Assembly: GCA_963758635.1 (NCBI GenBank)
Contig: CAVWWD010000008.1
Span: forward strand, 800,001-864,000
Length of the DNA: 64,000 bases
Direction of reading: 5' to 3'
Origin: an uncultured Candidatus Rokubacteria bacterium
GTDB taxonomy: Bacteria; Methylomirabilota; Methylomirabilia; Rokubacteriales; CSP1-6
The stretch's first letter is position 1, and each line of letters begins with the position of its first letter. Below are positions 61,858 through 64,000 of the stretch, piece by piece. The position numbers were made by a program, and so were the translations under genes. The notes below the pieces were generated by a model. It saw nothing but the letters and a program-made list of their open reading frames with translations, did no database searches and was not told the DNA's origin.

Positions 61858-62037
61858 CGCACCCTCTCCTCCGGCTGGTGTCGGGACCTGCCACAGTCTA
61901 GCCGGATTTCGCCGACCCCGACATCGCTTCTCGGCCGTGTGCCGCCCACCATCGACGCGGGCGACGTGTGACCAGTGACGCTGGCGGGGCGGCCCTGCCC
62001 GTCGGGCTGTCGCCAGCGTCGTGGGTCCGCGGCCGCG

Positions 62038-64000
62038 TCATCCCGCCGCGCGCGACATGATGTTCCCGTACCGGTGCCGCACGCGGGAGATCGCCTGCTC
62101 GCGGAGGTACCAGCGGAGCTCCAGGCGCCCCGTGGCGAGGACCGGCGCGTCGATCACCGCGACCGAGGCGGCGTTCGCCGCCTCTCTCACCGCGCGGTCG
62201 GGCGCCCGCCAGACGCGGAGCCGCTCCAGGCCGGCGCCCCGGCGCAGGCGCTCCGCGAACGCCGCCGCCGACTCTTCGACGATCGCGACGCCCGGACGCT
62301 CCTGGAGCCACGGCCACGCCTGCGGACCCGCGAAACTCAGGGACACCGGCGTGCCGCAGAGCGTGGTCGCGATCAGCACCTGGAAGAGCGCCAGGTCGTC
62401 TCCGGCCTCGGCCGGGTCGACACGCACGGCGACACCGCGGCAGGGGCGATAGCGAAAGACGTTGTCCTCGCCGAGCACGCCGCTCGGGTCGTGACCGATC
62501 CCGAAATGGGTCCGCCACGCTCGCGTGTAGTCCGCGGCGGCGGCGCGGAGCCGCGCGGCGCCGCCGGCGGTGGTCTCACCGAAGCACCGCGACAGCAGCT
62601 CCGCGACCTCGGGCGAGAGATCGCCGTCCGCGACGGGCAGCGTCCGCTGGGTCCAGCGCGCGAGCTGGAGCACGTAGTTCGGGCCACCCGCCTTCGCGCC
62701 CGGGCCGACCGACGACGCCTTCCAGCCGCCGAAGGGCTGCCGGCGCACGATCGCGCCGGTGACGTGGCGATTCACGTAGAGGTTGCCGGCCTCGATCCGG
62801 TCGATCCAGCGCTCGACCTCGCGGTCGTCGAGCGACTGGATCCCGCTGGTGAGGCCGTAGGGCGTGTCGTTGGCGAGGTCGATCGCCTCGTCGAGGCTCT
62901 CCGCGCGCATGAGCCCGAGGACGGGGCCGAAGCACTCGGTACGATGGAAGAACGAGCCCGGCGCGACGCCGAGCTTGATGCCGGGCGACCACAGGAGGGG
63001 ATTGTCAGCATCCTGCCGGGGCTCGAGGAGCCATTGCTCGCCGGCATCGAGCGTGGTGAGCGCCCGGCGGAGCGCGGCGCCGGGGGCCTGCGTGAGCGGC
63101 GTGATCCGGCTGACCGGGTCCCACGCGCTTCCCACGTCCAGGCTCGCCGCGGCGTCGCGGAGCTGGCGGCGGAACATCGGGTCGTCGTAGACCTCGGCCT
63201 CGCAGATCGCCAGGCTCGCCGCCGAGCACTTCTGGCCGTTGTGGCCGAAGGCGGAGCGGACCAGGTCGCGGATGGCCTGGTCGCGGTCGGCGAGCCCGGT
63301 GACGATCACGGCGTTCTTCCCGCTCGTCTCGGCGAAGAGCGCGAGGTCCGGCCGCCAGCCCAGGAAGAGACGCGCGGTCTCGATGGACCCGGTGAGGATC
63401 ACCGCGTCCACGCGGGCGTCGGTGACGAGGCGCCGGCCCACGTCGTCGTCCGGGCAGGGCACGAACTGGAGCGTCTCGCGGGGGACGCCGGCGTCCCAGA
63501 GCGCGCCGGCGAGGTGCCAGCCCACCAGCACCGCCTCCGGCGCCGGCTTGAGCACGACGGCGTTGCCCGCGGCGAGCGCGGCGAGCACGCCGCCCGCGGG
63601 AATCGAGAGCGGGAAGTTCCAGGGCGGCGCGACCACCACCACGCCGAGGGGCTGCATCTCGCAGCCGTCGATCGCGCCCGCGACGTCGTGCAGCGCGCCG
63701 GCGTAGTAGCGCGCGAAGTCGATCGCCTCCGAGACCTCCGCATCAGCCTCGGGGAGGGTCTTGGCCCCGTCGACGATCATGGCGCCGATCAGGTCGGAGC
63801 GGCGCCGGCCGAGGACACGGGCGGCGGCCCGGAGCACCGCGCGGCGCTCCTCGGGCCGACGCGCGCCCCAGGAGGAGACGGCGCGCCGGGCGCAGTCGAG
63901 CGCCTCGTCCACGCGGGCCAGATCGGCGAGGGCATGGACGTAGCTCCGCCGGCCCGGGCGCGAAGGATCGTGCCGCGTGACCTGGGCGCCGGAGATGATC
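62038..64000 (-). CDS. putA: PutA-type P5C dehydrogenase C-terminal part (5' end outside window)
   Basis: EVSEAIDFARYY, PPWNFPLSI, ETSGKN, GHNGQKCSA, TECFGPVL, GAIVRRQPFGGWK, HRYGN. Confidence 0.88.
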   Translation of the reverse strand, partial: IISGAQVTRHDPSRPGRRSYVHALADLARVDEALDCARRAVSSWGARRPEERRAVLRAAARVLGRRRSDLIGAMIVDGAKTLPEADAEVSEAIDFARYYAGALHDVAGAIDGCEMQPLGVVVVAPPWNFPLSIPAGGVLAALAAGNAVVLKPAPEAVLVGWHLAGALWDAGVPRETLQFVPCPDDDVGRRLVTDARVDAVILTGSIETARLFLGWRPDLALFAETSGKNAVIVTGLADRDQAIRDLVRSAFGHNGQKCSAASLAICEAEVYDDPMFRRQLRDAAASLDVGSAWDPVSRITPLTQAPGAALRRALTTLDAGEQWLLEPRQDADNPLLWSPGIKLGVAPGSFFHRTECFGPVLGLMRAESLDEAIDLANDTPYGLTSGIQSLDDREVERWIDRIEAGNLYVNRHVTGAIVRRQPFGGWKASSVGPGAKAGGPNYVLQLARWTQRTLPVADGDLSPEVAELLSRCFGETTAGGAARLRAAAADYTRAWRTHFGIGHDPSGVLGEDNVFRYRPCRGVAVRVDPAEAGDDLALFQVLIATTLCGTPVSLSFAGPQAWPWLQERPGVAIVEESAAAFAERLRRGAGLERLRVWRAPDRAVREAANAASVAVIDAPVLATGRLELRWYLREQAISRVRHRYGNIMSRAAG

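Overview
High-GC chromosomal window. Gene content and style (many ABC solute-binding proteins, orphan Mo-hydroxylase large subunits, LLM/VOC/cupin enzymes) suggest a soil bacterium such as Ca. Rokubacteria, which is an inference. It holds roughly 50 mostly catabolic, transport and regulatory genes: a sensor kinase, Lhr helicase, four ABC cassettes, FdrA/DUF1116, a stand-alone adenylation-PCP protein, P450, adenylate cyclase, Ku and partial PutA. Dozens of single-base frameshifts, densest at 39-47 kb, are probably long-read assembly errors and create several false fusions in the ORF track. No rRNA, tRNA, CRISPR array, transposase or integrase was recognised. Highlights: (1) two selenoprotein genes the ORF track splits at an in-frame TGA (UGSC-type at 56991, GrdB/PrdB-type UxxC at 61312), each followed by a SECIS-like hairpin; (2) an ECF sigma coupled to a putative anti-sigma/double-VOC fusion with an internal RBS+ATG; (3) a ~78-nt structured repeat in three co-oriented copies, each just after a stop codon; (4) a nested inverted-repeat composite and REP-like palindromes around lhr; (5) a palindromic repeat inserted in-frame in fdrA; (6) deletion-scar pseudogenes.
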